A stretch of DNA of 64,000 bases from an uncultured Bdellovibrionales bacterium. Lineage in GTDB: Bacteria; Patescibacteriota; Minisyncoccia; Moranbacterales; UBA1568. This document shows positions 17,158-25,829 of this stretch, piece by piece. The position numbers were made by a program, and so were the translations under genes. Numbering within the stretch: the first letter of the stretch is position 1; each line of letters begins with the position of its first letter. The stretch spans positions 42,942 through 106,941 of the forward strand of contig CAZGXN010000003.1 in NCBI GenBank assembly GCA_964530135.1, given 5' to 3'. Below the pieces are notes generated by a model. The model worked only from the letters and a program-made list of their open reading frames with translations. It searched no databases and was not told the origin of the DNA.

Positions 17158-18948
17158 ATGAATACGCATATTACTTCAATTGAAAACATACGACATTCTT
17201 TGGCGCATCTGCTCGCGGCCGCAGTTCTTGAATATGATCCAAAAGCCAAACTCGGCATTGGTCCAACAATTGAGAATGGTTTTTATTATGATATCCAATT
17301 TTCTCAGTCTTTTTCTGAGGAAACACTCCCGAAACTCGAAGAGCGGATGCGAACACTCGTGCAACAAGACCTCCCCTATACTCGAAGAGCAGTATCCTCC
17401 ACAGTTGCACGTGAGCACTTCTTCGACCAGCCATTCAAATTGGAACTCATTAACGAACTTGAGGCCAAAGCTGAGCCCATCACGCTGTATGCGACTGGTG
17501 ACATCTTTGTCGATTTGTGTCGGGGTGGGCATGTCGAGCGTACGGGCGAGATAGTGTCAGATGCATTTACACTCACACATATCGCCGGAGCATACTGGAG
17601 AGGGAGTGAAAAAAATCCGATGCTGACCCGCATATATGGCCTGGCATTTGCCTCCAAAGAAGAGCTGGACACCTATCGCGCGCAGCAAGAGGCAGCAAGA
17701 CAGCGAGATCATCGTCTCCTCAATGAACAGCAGGATTTTTTCCTGATATCGGAAGAAGTGGGCAAGGGACTCCCCCTCTATCTCCCCAATGGAGCATATA
17801 TCCGCAAGAAGCTAGAGGATTTTATGTACGAAAAGGAGTCGGCTCATGGATATCGCTATGTGTACACGCCAGTGCTGACACATCGGCGGCTATACGAGCA
17901 GTCCGGACATCTGGCACACTATCGGGCCGATATGTATAGCCCGATTGATATCGAGGGCGAAGAGTACTATCTGCGTCCGATGAATTGTCCACACCATCAT
18001 CAAATCTTTCGGCATCGTCCCGTGAGCTATCGGGATCTGCCTCTCCGTTTGGCTGAAGCCGGACTCGTTCATCGTTTTGAGCGGTCGGGAGTATTGACCG
18101 GTCTTATTCGGGCGCGCTGCTTTACTCAAAATGATGCACACATTTATTGTGCAAAAGCGGATCTCAAACACGAGATTTTGGGAGTACTTGCCCTTTTTCG
18201 GGAAGTATACGATGAAGTCTTTCATATTCGAGACTACTGGTTTCGTCTCTCACTTCCTGATTTTGAAAATACCGAGAAATTTGGTGATATCGAAGATCAA
18301 TCAATGTGGGAAGAAGCGACGACTGTGGCTCGGGGTGCACTTCAAGATTTCGGCGCGCGATATGTTGAGGGTGGTGGCGAGGCAGCATTTTACGGTCCAA
18401 AGATTGATGTGCAAATACGCAATGTGAATGGTAAAGAAGATACGATTGCTACGATTCAGATTGATTTTTATTCGGCGCGGCGTTTTAACCTGAGTTTCAT
18501 CAATGCGCACGGTGAAAAGGAATCACCAGTTATTATTCATCGGGCTATCATGGGTTCGTTTGAACGCTTTTTTGCATTCCTCATCGAACAATATGCTGGT
18601 GCGTTTCCGGTCTGGCTCTCGCCAGTGCAGGCGATCATTCTCCCGGTGAGTGAGAAACAAGCCGAATATGCAAAGGTCATAGAGGAAAAATTGCGTGCTG
18701 GTGGCATTCAGGTGCGGATGGAGAACTCTGGTGATACGCTTGGGAAACGAGTGCGAAAGGCGAAAGCCTCAAAGACACCTTATTTTCTCGTACTTGGAGA
18801 ACGCGAAGCAGAGTCCCAGACCATCGCGGTCGAAAGTCGTGATGAAGGAAAGCTTGGTCCGATGACCGCTGCTGATTTTCTTACTCGTCTTCGGTCCGAA
18901 ATTGATACCCGAAAGAATACGGGACTATCTGAGGAAAAGACAAGTTAG
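17158..18948 (+). CDS. thrS: Threonyl-tRNA synthetase.
   Basis: 596 aa. Class II aaRS motifs YRADMYSPIDIEG and LRPMNCPHHHQIF, with an anticodon-binding C-terminus. Confidence 0.9.
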   Translation: MNTHITSIENIRHSLAHLLAAAVLEYDPKAKLGIGPTIENGFYYDIQFSQSFSEETLPKLEERMRTLVQQDLPYTRRAVSSTVAREHFFDQPFKLELINELEAKAEPITLYATGDIFVDLCRGGHVERTGEIVSDAFTLTHIAGAYWRGSEKNPMLTRIYGLAFASKEELDTYRAQQEAARQRDHRLLNEQQDFFLISEEVGKGLPLYLPNGAYIRKKLEDFMYEKESAHGYRYVYTPVLTHRRLYEQSGHLAHYRADMYSPIDIEGEEYYLRPMNCPHHHQIFRHRPVSYRDLPLRLAEAGLVHRFERSGVLTGLIRARCFTQNDAHIYCAKADLKHEILGVLALFREVYDEVFHIRDYWFRLSLPDFENTEKFGDIEDQSMWEEATTVARGALQDFGARYVEGGGEAAFYGPKIDVQIRNVNGKEDTIATIQIDFYSARRFNLSFINAHGEKESPVIIHRAIMGSFERFFAFLIEQYAGAFPVWLSPVQAIILPVSEKQAEYAKVIEEKLRAGGIQVRMENSGDTLGKRVRKAKASKTPYFLVLGEREAESQTIAVESRDEGKLGPMTAADFLTRLRSEIDTRKNTGLSEEKTS

Positions 18949-19179
18949 CCATTTCGGAGAAGCTTTTTGTTTGAATATAGAGAGTGGGTCGAGCATTAAG
19001 TGTTCGGTGGTTGGATCTGCGATCCGACAGGTAAATTTTTATGTGCTCGAGAGGACAATCCTCTCTCGTTTTCCATTCATAGCAACTCGTGTGATGTGAA
19101 CATATATTTTTTCCTATGGTAAAAAATATGTTTGCACGGTACGGTTTGCTACAATAAAGAAAATAAACAAGGCATTTTT

Positions 19180-20286
19180 ATGGGTATTGGCGCATTTCTT
19201 ATTGTCATCCAATCGATTATTACTTTTGTCCATTGGGTCGTTTGGCGTGTGCTCGATACTCACTGGCCGCTGACGGGACCGGCACACACCATTGCTTTTG
19301 CCTTTTTGATCGCGTTCTCATTTTCATTTCTCACTTTCAATATCTTGACGCGTCTCGTGCCTGGAAATATAACGCGCACACTCTATTTTTATGCGGCCAT
19401 GTGGTTGGGTACAGTGCACTTTCTTTTTCTGGCTGCAGTACTTCTTTCGGGCACCTCATTGATTGCAAATATCTTTGACATACCACTTTCACCCTGGATA
19501 GCCCCCCTCTTTTTTATGGGGGCATTGGGGATGAATGGCTTTGCTTTGTGGAGCGGATTTCAGATCCATCCGAGGCATTATGCAGTTGCTCTCCCCAACC
19601 TCCCTGAGTATTGGGTCGGAAAAAAGATCGCCTTTTTTGCTGATACACATTTTGGCAATGTACACCGCGAGCAGACAGCAGTTGATATCGTTAGACTCTT
19701 GGAAAAAGAAAATCCCGCATTGATTCTGATGGGCGGTGATTTTTTCGATGGGCCACCGATTGAGGCTGAGCGCGTTACCATCCCCTTTCGGTCGCTCACG
19801 GCACGCATCCCCACATATTTTGTTTCAGGGAATCATGAAGAATACGGTGATACTATTGGATTTTTGCGCGCGCTCCAATCAGCTGGCTTCAGAGTGATTA
19901 ATGATCGGCGAGTTGAGGAGCAGGGACTACAGATTGTTGGGCTCGATTTCATGACGACTCGAACACCGGAGGCTACGGCAATGGTGATGCTCCATCTCAT
20001 GGTGAATGATGCCCTTCCAACGATCGTGTTGAAGCATATCCCTCGCAATATCACACAGCTTGTCGATGGAGGTGCGGATCTGACACTCCATGGTCATACA
20101 CATGAAGGTCAGATGTGGCCTTTTAGCTGGATAACATGGCTCATCTATCAAGGGTATGACTTTGGCTTGAAGCCATATGGTGATGCGCTGGTATATACCA
20201 CGAGTGGATCGGGAAGTTGGGGCCCGCCACAACGCCTTGGTACCGCGGCTGAGATTGCCCTTTTTACACTTACTCGGAAAAAGTAA
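19180..20286 (+). CDS. Membrane-anchored calcineurin-like metallophosphoesterase. The track ORF starts at 19132; the internal ATG at 19180 is likelier.
   Basis: N-terminal TM helices are followed by GGDFFDG, GNHE and HGHTH metallophosphatase motifs. Confidence 0.7.
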   Translation: MGIGAFLIVIQSIITFVHWVVWRVLDTHWPLTGPAHTIAFAFLIAFSFSFLTFNILTRLVPGNITRTLYFYAAMWLGTVHFLFLAAVLLSGTSLIANIFDIPLSPWIAPLFFMGALGMNGFALWSGFQIHPRHYAVALPNLPEYWVGKKIAFFADTHFGNVHREQTAVDIVRLLEKENPALILMGGDFFDGPPIEAERVTIPFRSLTARIPTYFVSGNHEEYGDTIGFLRALQSAGFRVINDRRVEEQGLQIVGLDFMTTRTPEATAMVMLHLMVNDALPTIVLKHIPRNITQLVDGGADLTLHGHTHEGQMWPFSWITWLIYQGYDFGLKPYGDALVYTTSGSGSWGPPQRLGTAAEIALFTLTRKK

Positions 20287-20437
20287 TCTCAGAAGCGTCA
20301 ACGAAAGACTTTAAGTTACTTGATCGTTCCATGTGCATGTTGTCTCTCTGTGCATTGTGAGACCCCATGCTTACCTATACCTCACATATTTTCTGTGAAT
20401 GGGGAATTGAGCTTAGAATGAGTAGGGTGGGAACGGG

Positions 20438-21034
20438 CTATACCCTACCAGTTTTTATCTTTTTAATAAGCTGTGGAATTTTTTTGAAATCCTCGATGAG
20501 TGTCTGGCGCATACTGCCATTGTAGAGTGCGGCAGCCGGATGATAGAGTGCAAAAAAAACTTGTGGACCCATGTCAGGGAAAGTCCGACGAAAGGCCTGG
20601 CCATGTACTTCGGAAATTTTTTTCTCGGGAATGAAGTGTTCCATGGCGTAGCGGCCGAGAGTAACGATAACGATCGGCTGGATGATCTGGATCTGTTCAT
20701 GGAGCCAGGGCATGCAGGCTTCAATTTCGGCAGGTAGGGGGTCGCGATTGTTGGGTGGTCGATACTTTACGACATTGGTAATGTAAACATTTTCGCGCGT
20801 GAGGTGAATGCTTGCGAGCATTTCAGTGAGGAATTTTCCAGCGGCTCCGACAAATGGAAGTCCCTGGAGATCCTCGTTTTTTCCAGGGGCTTCACCGATA
20901 AACATAATTTCTGCTTCGGCACTGCCGTCACCAGGGACAGCCTGCGTCGCTGTTTCACGCAGTGTGCAGGTACACTCAAGCCGCATACGGGCATTGAGAA
21001 TCTTCAATCGTTTTGCTTTGAGAGTATCCTCCAT
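20438..21034 (-). CDS. Family 4 uracil-DNA glycosylase.
   Basis: 198 aa. FIGEAPGKNEDLQGLPFVGAAGKFL is the family-4 UDG motif A. A 4Fe-4S Cys pattern is present and HPAAALY is motif B. Confidence 0.8.
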   Translation of the reverse strand: MEDTLKAKRLKILNARMRLECTCTLRETATQAVPGDGSAEAEIMFIGEAPGKNEDLQGLPFVGAAGKFLTEMLASIHLTRENVYITNVVKYRPPNNRDPLPAEIEACMPWLHEQIQIIQPIVIVTLGRYAMEHFIPEKKISEVHGQAFRRTFPDMGPQVFFALYHPAAALYNGSMRQTLIEDFKKIPQLIKKIKTGRV

Positions 21035-21052
21035 AATGTTTGAAGGAGTGGT

Positions 21053-22012
21053 CTATGCTATATGCCAGCCGTCAGCTGACTCGATGATTTTTCCGTTGAC
21101 CTCAAATCCACTTGCGAGTTTGTGCCCTCCCCCGCCGAGCATATGGGCGATAGCCGAAACATCGACACCGTGATGTTCTGAGGCGCGAAGGCTCCCCCGA
21201 ACGGTTTTTTCATCACGTTCAGAAAGGACGAGAGCAAATTTTGCTTCCGGAACTGTCGAAAGGATAGAGGCAACTTGATAGATGTCATCGGGTGTCGCTT
21301 CGCACTCGTCGATATCAGATCGAGTAACGGCCGTAACGAGAAGCCCAGATTGTGGAACAAACTTTGCCTTTTCAAACGCCTTCCCCCAAAGCTTCATGGC
21401 AGAAATATTTTTATTTGTAAAAATTGTGTTTGATATTTTTGTCAGTGGCGCACCGAGTTTCATCAGGCGTGAAGCGATATCCATCACCTGGGGTGAAACC
21501 GATGAATGCTGGAAATTTCCCGTGTCAAAAAGTATTCCAGTGAGCAGAGCAGTGGCCATGTCCCTCGTTATATGCGCCTGGGTGTGTATGAAAAAAAGAT
21601 ATACTAATTCGCTTGATGAAGAATATTTTGGATCAATAATCACGATATCGGCAGACAGATTGATATCAGGATGATGATCTATGAGGGCGATAACCTGATG
21701 TTCTGCAAAGCGATCACGGAAAAGATGGAATCCGCGATCAACCGAATCGACAGCGATGATGGCATCATAGTGTGTGAGATCGAGCTGATCAGGATGTAAA
21801 AATTCAGCATGAAAGAGGACATTCAAACTTTCAGGAAACGGATCATAGCAAGCGATCACCACCTCTTTCCCCTGTTCTTCAAGAAAGTACTTCAGCGCAA
21901 GGTTTGCCCCGACCGTATCGGGATCAGGGCGTTTATGTGCGACAAGCAAGATGGATGTTGCTTGACTGATAACAAAATGAAGGGTTTTAAACTCTTTTCC
22001 GAAATAACGCAT
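21053..22012 (-). CDS. DHH/DHHA1 phosphoesterase (NrnA-like oligoribonuclease/pAp phosphatase). The track ORF extends to 22069 and overlaps rbfA; the internal start MRYFGKE is likelier.
   Basis: DHH-family motifs (VAHKRPDPDTVGANLAL, IDHH) and the DHHA1 GGGGH motif. Confidence 0.7.
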   Translation of the reverse strand: MRYFGKEFKTLHFVISQATSILLVAHKRPDPDTVGANLALKYFLEEQGKEVVIACYDPFPESLNVLFHAEFLHPDQLDLTHYDAIIAVDSVDRGFHLFRDRFAEHQVIALIDHHPDINLSADIVIIDPKYSSSSELVYLFFIHTQAHITRDMATALLTGILFDTGNFQHSSVSPQVMDIASRLMKLGAPLTKISNTIFTNKNISAMKLWGKAFEKAKFVPQSGLLVTAVTRSDIDECEATPDDIYQVASILSTVPEAKFALVLSERDEKTVRGSLRASEHHGVDVSAIAHMLGGGGHKLASGFEVNGKIIESADGWHIA

Positions 22013-22022
22013 ACAGTTTCGT

Positions 22023-22367
22023 TTATTTCCGTTCGTCTTTAATCGTGCGAAGTAAATGCTCAACCTCATCTGCTTTTTCCTCAGTTGTATCGAGCTCGAA
22101 GAGAATAGTTGGAAGTGGACGAGTAGCTAGTTTCCGATGAAAAATCCGTTGAATAGTCCGGCGTTCATGCTCGAGAGTTTTCATTCCATAATTTCGGTCT
22201 TCAATTGGAAGAATACTCAGAAAGACACGTGTTGTACGTAGGTTGCGTGCAGTTTCAACCCGAGAGAGTGTGATAATCACCCCTTGTTTAAGAGAAATCT
22301 CTCGCGTTAAAATCTCTCCAAGAATATCTCGGATAAGATCATTGAGTTGTGTAATTCGGTCATGCAT
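22023..22367 (-). CDS. rbfA: Ribosome-binding factor A.
   Basis: 114 aa. The KH-like pattern ITLSRVETARNLRTTRVFLSILP with DTTEEKADEVEHLL is characteristic of RbfA. Confidence 0.6.
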   Translation of the reverse strand: MHDRITQLNDLIRDILGEILTREISLKQGVIITLSRVETARNLRTTRVFLSILPIEDRNYGMKTLEHERRTIQRIFHRKLATRPLPTILFELDTTEEKADEVEHLLRTIKDERK

Positions 22368-22439
22368 AGTGCCCCCACCAGGAATCGAACCCAGATCTCT
22401 CCCTTAGGACGGGATAGCTCTATCCATTGAGCTACAGGG
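22368..22439 (-). tRNA. Probable tRNA-Arg (anticodon CCT), with several G-U pairs or mismatches in its stems.
   Basis: The reverse complement reads GCCCCTG-TA-GCTC-AATGGATA-GAGC-T-ATCCC-GTCCTAA-GGGAG-...CTGGG-TTCGATT-CCTGG-TGGGGGC-A. The anticodon loop has T33 and A37 flanking CCT. Confidence 0.5.
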
Positions 22440-22685
22440 GCGATTGGTTACTGTAGAGGAAAACCATCACTCTGGCAAGACATTGTACCGACGCCTGTAT
22501 CCGTATTGTAACAGAGGATATCTGTGGATAACTGGAGGATAAGTCGTAAAAACTCATCCAATAGGTACCTAAATGGCCCATATAAACAAAATGGAGTGTC
22601 GAGGCTATTCGAGTACCATAAAATCACAACAAGGCTCTACGGTGATATAGTCGTAGAAAAATAAGCAAAGGATCCCTATGAAGTG

Positions 22686-22758
22686 TGGACCATACCGGAT
22701 TCGAACCGGTCACCCCTTCCATGCCATGGAAGTGCTCTACCAAATGAGCTAATGGCCC
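22686..22758 (-). tRNA. tRNA-Ala (anticodon GGC) with the G3:U70 identity pair.
   Basis: The reverse complement reads GGGCCAT TAGCTCATTTGGTAGAGCA CTTCC-ATGGCAT-GGAAG ...ACCGG-TTCGAAT-CCGGT ATGGTCC A. Confidence 0.8.
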
Positions 22759-22813
22759 AGAGGAAAAAAAAGTATAACACCTTATAATCATAGGGATATT
22801 CCCTATTTCGTCA

Positions 22814-24205
22814 ATGCTGGCAGGATGGCGTGCATGCGCTATACTGTATGACTGTATGAAAATAATTCGTAAATATCTTGAGGGTGTAGAGGCGGTGTTG
22901 GTCTATGCCTATATTTGGCAGATACCGTTTTCGTGGCGCTTTATTCTTGATCCAAACCGCAGCCAGAGAAGTGCTGGATTTAACGAATACATGGATATTT
23001 CCCTATACATAGGAGAGATTTTGCTTATTATTGCACTTCTTATACACATATTACGATACAATATAGAAAAGAAGTCAATATATAAAAATAGGTTTAAAGT
23101 ACTTATTTCTAAATTGTTCCACGTGGAACATCGAAAAAAAATATTTTTTATTGGAATAATAACCCTTGTATTACTGAATGTATTTTTCTCAATAGATTGT
23201 CCACTGACACTTATGTCGATATTCCATTGGATAAACTTTGCTTTTTTTGTACTTCTTATTAAAGGACTATATGTTTCACGTGGAACAATAATTATAAGCT
23301 CAATATTTTTTATATTATCAATTAGTGTCTTTTTACAAACCTTTGTTTCTTTAAATCAGGTTATTTATGGATCATCAATAGGTTTTAAGATGCTAAATGA
23401 ATCAATTCTTTCATTGCATGAAATAAATATTGCTAAATCAAATATTTTTTCGCACCTTATTCTCAGAGGATATGGCACATTTCCTCATCCAAACATATTG
23501 GCCGCCTATGCAGCATTTACTATCATATATGGAATTTTATTCAAAAAAATTATGTTCCACGTGGAACATTTATATCCAGTAACATTATTTTTCTCTACCT
23601 TTCTTATAATTCTCACTCAGTCAAAACTAACATTTATATTTATTACAATCATGTATCTCTATTTAGTGTTAAAAAACTATAAAAGAAGAAAATTGTTCCA
23701 CGTGGAACATCTGTATTTACTAGTAATAACGGTACTATTTCTTATTTTCTTTAGTTTTCTCTTTAAACAGGATATTTACAATTCGTTTAAAACAAGAGTG
23801 GATCAGTATAGAATCCAGTTAAGTCATCTAAATGTAACACTTTTTGGATCTGGTTTAGGAACATATCGTTTATCATACGATACCCAATCTGCTGATTGGT
23901 GGAACATGGAACCAATTCACTTCACTCCAATAATTGCATTATCAGAGATTGGGATAGCTTTGCTACTTTTCGGATCTTATGTGCTCTATAAATATATTAA
24001 AATTGTTCCACGTGGAACATGGATTGGCATTTCTTTACCGATGTTTTTTCTGGTGTTTATATTGGTCTTTGACCATTATGCCTGGGATATATACCAGGGA
24101 AATTTTCTTTTACTCTCTATATCACTTCTCATAGCCTATAGAGTAATAATTGACATAGATTATAAAAAGTGTTATAGTATTGATAACTTTAACAATCGAG
24201 ACTAG
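22814..24205 (+). CDS. Polytopic membrane protein (10 or more TM; O-antigen ligase/Wzy-like by topology only) in an AT-rich island. Its ORF is maintained across five embedded palindromic repeats.
   Basis: A 463-aa ORF is open in roughly 30% GC DNA, which argues for a real gene. It is hydrophobic throughout. The repeat-encoded peptides are LFHVEH, MFHVEH, LFHVEH, YVSRGT and IVPRGT. Confidence 0.6.
   Translation: MLAGWRACAILYDCMKIIRKYLEGVEAVLVYAYIWQIPFSWRFILDPNRSQRSAGFNEYMDISLYIGEILLIIALLIHILRYNIEKKSIYKNRFKVLISKLFHVEHRKKIFFIGIITLVLLNVFFSIDCPLTLMSIFHWINFAFFVLLIKGLYVSRGTIIISSIFFILSISVFLQTFVSLNQVIYGSSIGFKMLNESILSLHEINIAKSNIFSHLILRGYGTFPHPNILAAYAAFTIIYGILFKKIMFHVEHLYPVTLFFSTFLIILTQSKLTFIFITIMYLYLVLKNYKRRKLFHVEHLYLLVITVLFLIFFSFLFKQDIYNSFKTRVDQYRIQLSHLNVTLFGSGLGTYRLSYDTQSADWWNMEPIHFTPIIALSEIGIALLLFGSYVLYKYIKIVPRGTWIGISLPMFFLVFILVFDHYAWDIYQGNFLLLSISLLIAYRVIIDIDYKKCYSIDNFNNRD
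23115..23130. repeat. Palindromic repeat copy 1: TGTTCCACGTGGAACA, a perfect 16-bp palindrome with a CACGTG core, frame A.
   Basis: Read at line 23101 as aaaTTGTTCCACGTGGAACATcg. Confidence 0.9.
23272..23287. repeat. Palindromic repeat copy 2 (one substitution): TGTTTCACGTGGAACA, frame B.
   Basis: Read as atgtttcacgtggaacaat. It matches the consensus at 15 of 16 positions. Confidence 0.8.
23553..23568. repeat. Palindromic repeat copy 3: TGTTCCACGTGGAACA. Extended by its flanks, ATGTTCCACGTGGAACAT is an 18-bp perfect palindrome. Frame A.
   Basis: Read as ttATGTTCCACGTGGAACATtt. Confidence 0.9.
23694..23709. repeat. Palindromic repeat copy 4: TGTTCCACGTGGAACA, frame A.
   Basis: Read as aaaattgttccacgtggaacatctg. 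Confidence 0.9.
24004..24019. repeat. Palindromic repeat copy 5: TGTTCCACGTGGAACA, frame B. A half-site GTGGAACA lies at 23899-23906.
   Basis: Read as aaaattgttccacgtggaacatgg. The half copy is ggtGGAACAtgg. Confidence 0.9.
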
Positions 24206-24829
24206 TAATATTACTGGTTGTTATTTAAAACATGAGCTTTCTCTGTTTTGAACCTTTTTTAGAAATAATTTGAGAAAATTTTGTTTTTAAGGTATTTTAG
24301 GAAATTTCTAGCTTAATAAGCTACGTTTGAAGCAAAGTAATTTGTGAAATAGCTTGTTTGAGGGATAATTTATTCTTAAATAAAGGTGGAAAATTGTGAA
24401 GTGTGTACATTTGACTTCGGACTATATTGTTATATCAGACCTTTTTTGGGTAACTGGAGGGCTCAAGAAAGCCGTGTATAATCGTTTTTTAATCCCTTGG
24501 GTCGGTTTGGTGTGTAGAAGTTGAGTGGTAGTTGGTAAGTCTGGTGAGTTATCAGAGGAGTTGCTAAGTGTTGTAGCAATATATCCACACAAAACCCAGA
24601 TAAAAAATTTATTTCAACCAAATAGACAAGTCAAATCTATTTTTTATTGCCATTTTTAGGAGGGACATAAAAAGGGGTAATGTTTTGAAGTGTACGCCTG
24701 AATTATGTATTAGATGGCCGATTCTGATTATATGAACAGATATCGGATAAAAGGCTTTGGTGGACTCATATTGTTTTAAGGATGAGGCGACTGTTGCAAA
24801 AAAAATATTGTGATATACTTTCTTTATAT

Positions 24830-25825
24830 ATGGGAGTAATACACACAAAAAATAATTTGCGTTGGAGCATTTTTGTTTTTTCATTTCTCTGTCTTTTCAG
24901 TTCGGCGTTGTATGTTGCCGCTGATGAAACATCGACGACAGATACGATCGTTTTTGATGATGCTGATTCGGATAACCTCTCAAGTGAGGAAGAAAAAATT
25001 TATGGCACGGATCCGAGTGTGGCAGATACGGACGGTGATGGATATAGTGATGGGGTTGAAATTGAGGGAGGATTTGATCCATTGAAACCAGCGCCTGGGG
25101 ATCGAATGATACCGGACGAGGTGAAAACTGAAACGAGTGGAGAGGCTGTTGACGCAGCGTCGGTGAATCTGACAGAGGTGGCAGCGACCGGACTCGCAGG
25201 GTTTGTTTCGGAAAAAATGGATACAGATAAGGGATCGGAAGTAACATCCGATGACCTCAATTCCGTTATGGAAAATATCATGGCGGTGAGTGGAGAGGAA
25301 GTAGTGTTGCCGGAAATTGATACTGCTGCAATTAAGGTAAAGAAAATCTCAGCGAAGCTTTCGGAAGAAGAACGAAAAGAGCAGAATCGCCAAGATGTGA
25401 TTGAATATCTCACGCTGACGAGTTATATACTCATATCAAATGCGCCGGTGCAAATCCGAGATACACAAGCACTCAAAAGTTTTACAATGGATGCAGGGAG
25501 TAAGATGGTAGCGGGATTGCTTTCAGGAAATTATGATTACCTTGATACGATTGAAGAACGAGGCAAGAAGGCGCTCGATGAAGTGAGTAATGTAGAGGTG
25601 CCTGAGAGCATGATTGATACTCATGTGAAGACTATTAAAATGCTGACTTTTGCTTCGAATCTAAAACAATCAATTAAGGTAACCACTCGTCCAGATGATC
25701 CTCTTGGGCAGATGTATATGTTTTCAAAAGCGCAGGGCTTTCTCATGTCGCTCGGTGGCTTTATGCAAGAAACTCAAGGGAAGTTATCTGATATTGGTAT
25801 TGAGAACATCCCACTGGATATTTAA
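24830..25825 (+). CDS. Secreted protein with a thrombospondin type-3-like calcium-binding Asp repeat. The track ORF starts at 24782; the ATG at 24830 gives a signal peptide.
   Basis: MGVIHTKNNLRWSIFVFSFLCLFSSALYVAADE is followed by DTDGDGYSDGVEIEGGFDPL. The rest is acidic and low in complexity. Confidence 0.6.
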   Translation: MGVIHTKNNLRWSIFVFSFLCLFSSALYVAADETSTTDTIVFDDADSDNLSSEEEKIYGTDPSVADTDGDGYSDGVEIEGGFDPLKPAPGDRMIPDEVKTETSGEAVDAASVNLTEVAATGLAGFVSEKMDTDKGSEVTSDDLNSVMENIMAVSGEEVVLPEIDTAAIKVKKISAKLSEEERKEQNRQDVIEYLTLTSYILISNAPVQIRDTQALKSFTMDAGSKMVAGLLSGNYDYLDTIEERGKKALDEVSNVEVPESMIDTHVKTIKMLTFASNLKQSIKVTTRPDDPLGQMYMFSKAQGFLMSLGGFMQETQGKLSDIGIENIPLDI

Positions 25826-25829
25826 AGTT

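Noticed and set aside
22368-22439. A possible amber-suppressor tRNA (anticodon CTA) from one way of splitting the anticodon arm.
   Set aside because: Putting the canonical T33 and A37 at the loop ends makes the anticodon CCT (Arg). The CTA reading needs a non-canonical loop.
23115-24019. The palindromic repeat array read as a CRISPR array.
   Set aside because: The repeats are 16-bp perfect palindromes. They lie inside a maintained ORF. Their spacing is irregular (141-310 bp). No cas genes are nearby.
24609-24884. 91-aa minus-strand ORF in the AT-rich non-coding tail.
   Set aside because: AT-rich DNA, no motifs, and it overlaps the likely promoter or 5' end of the 24830 secreted-protein gene.
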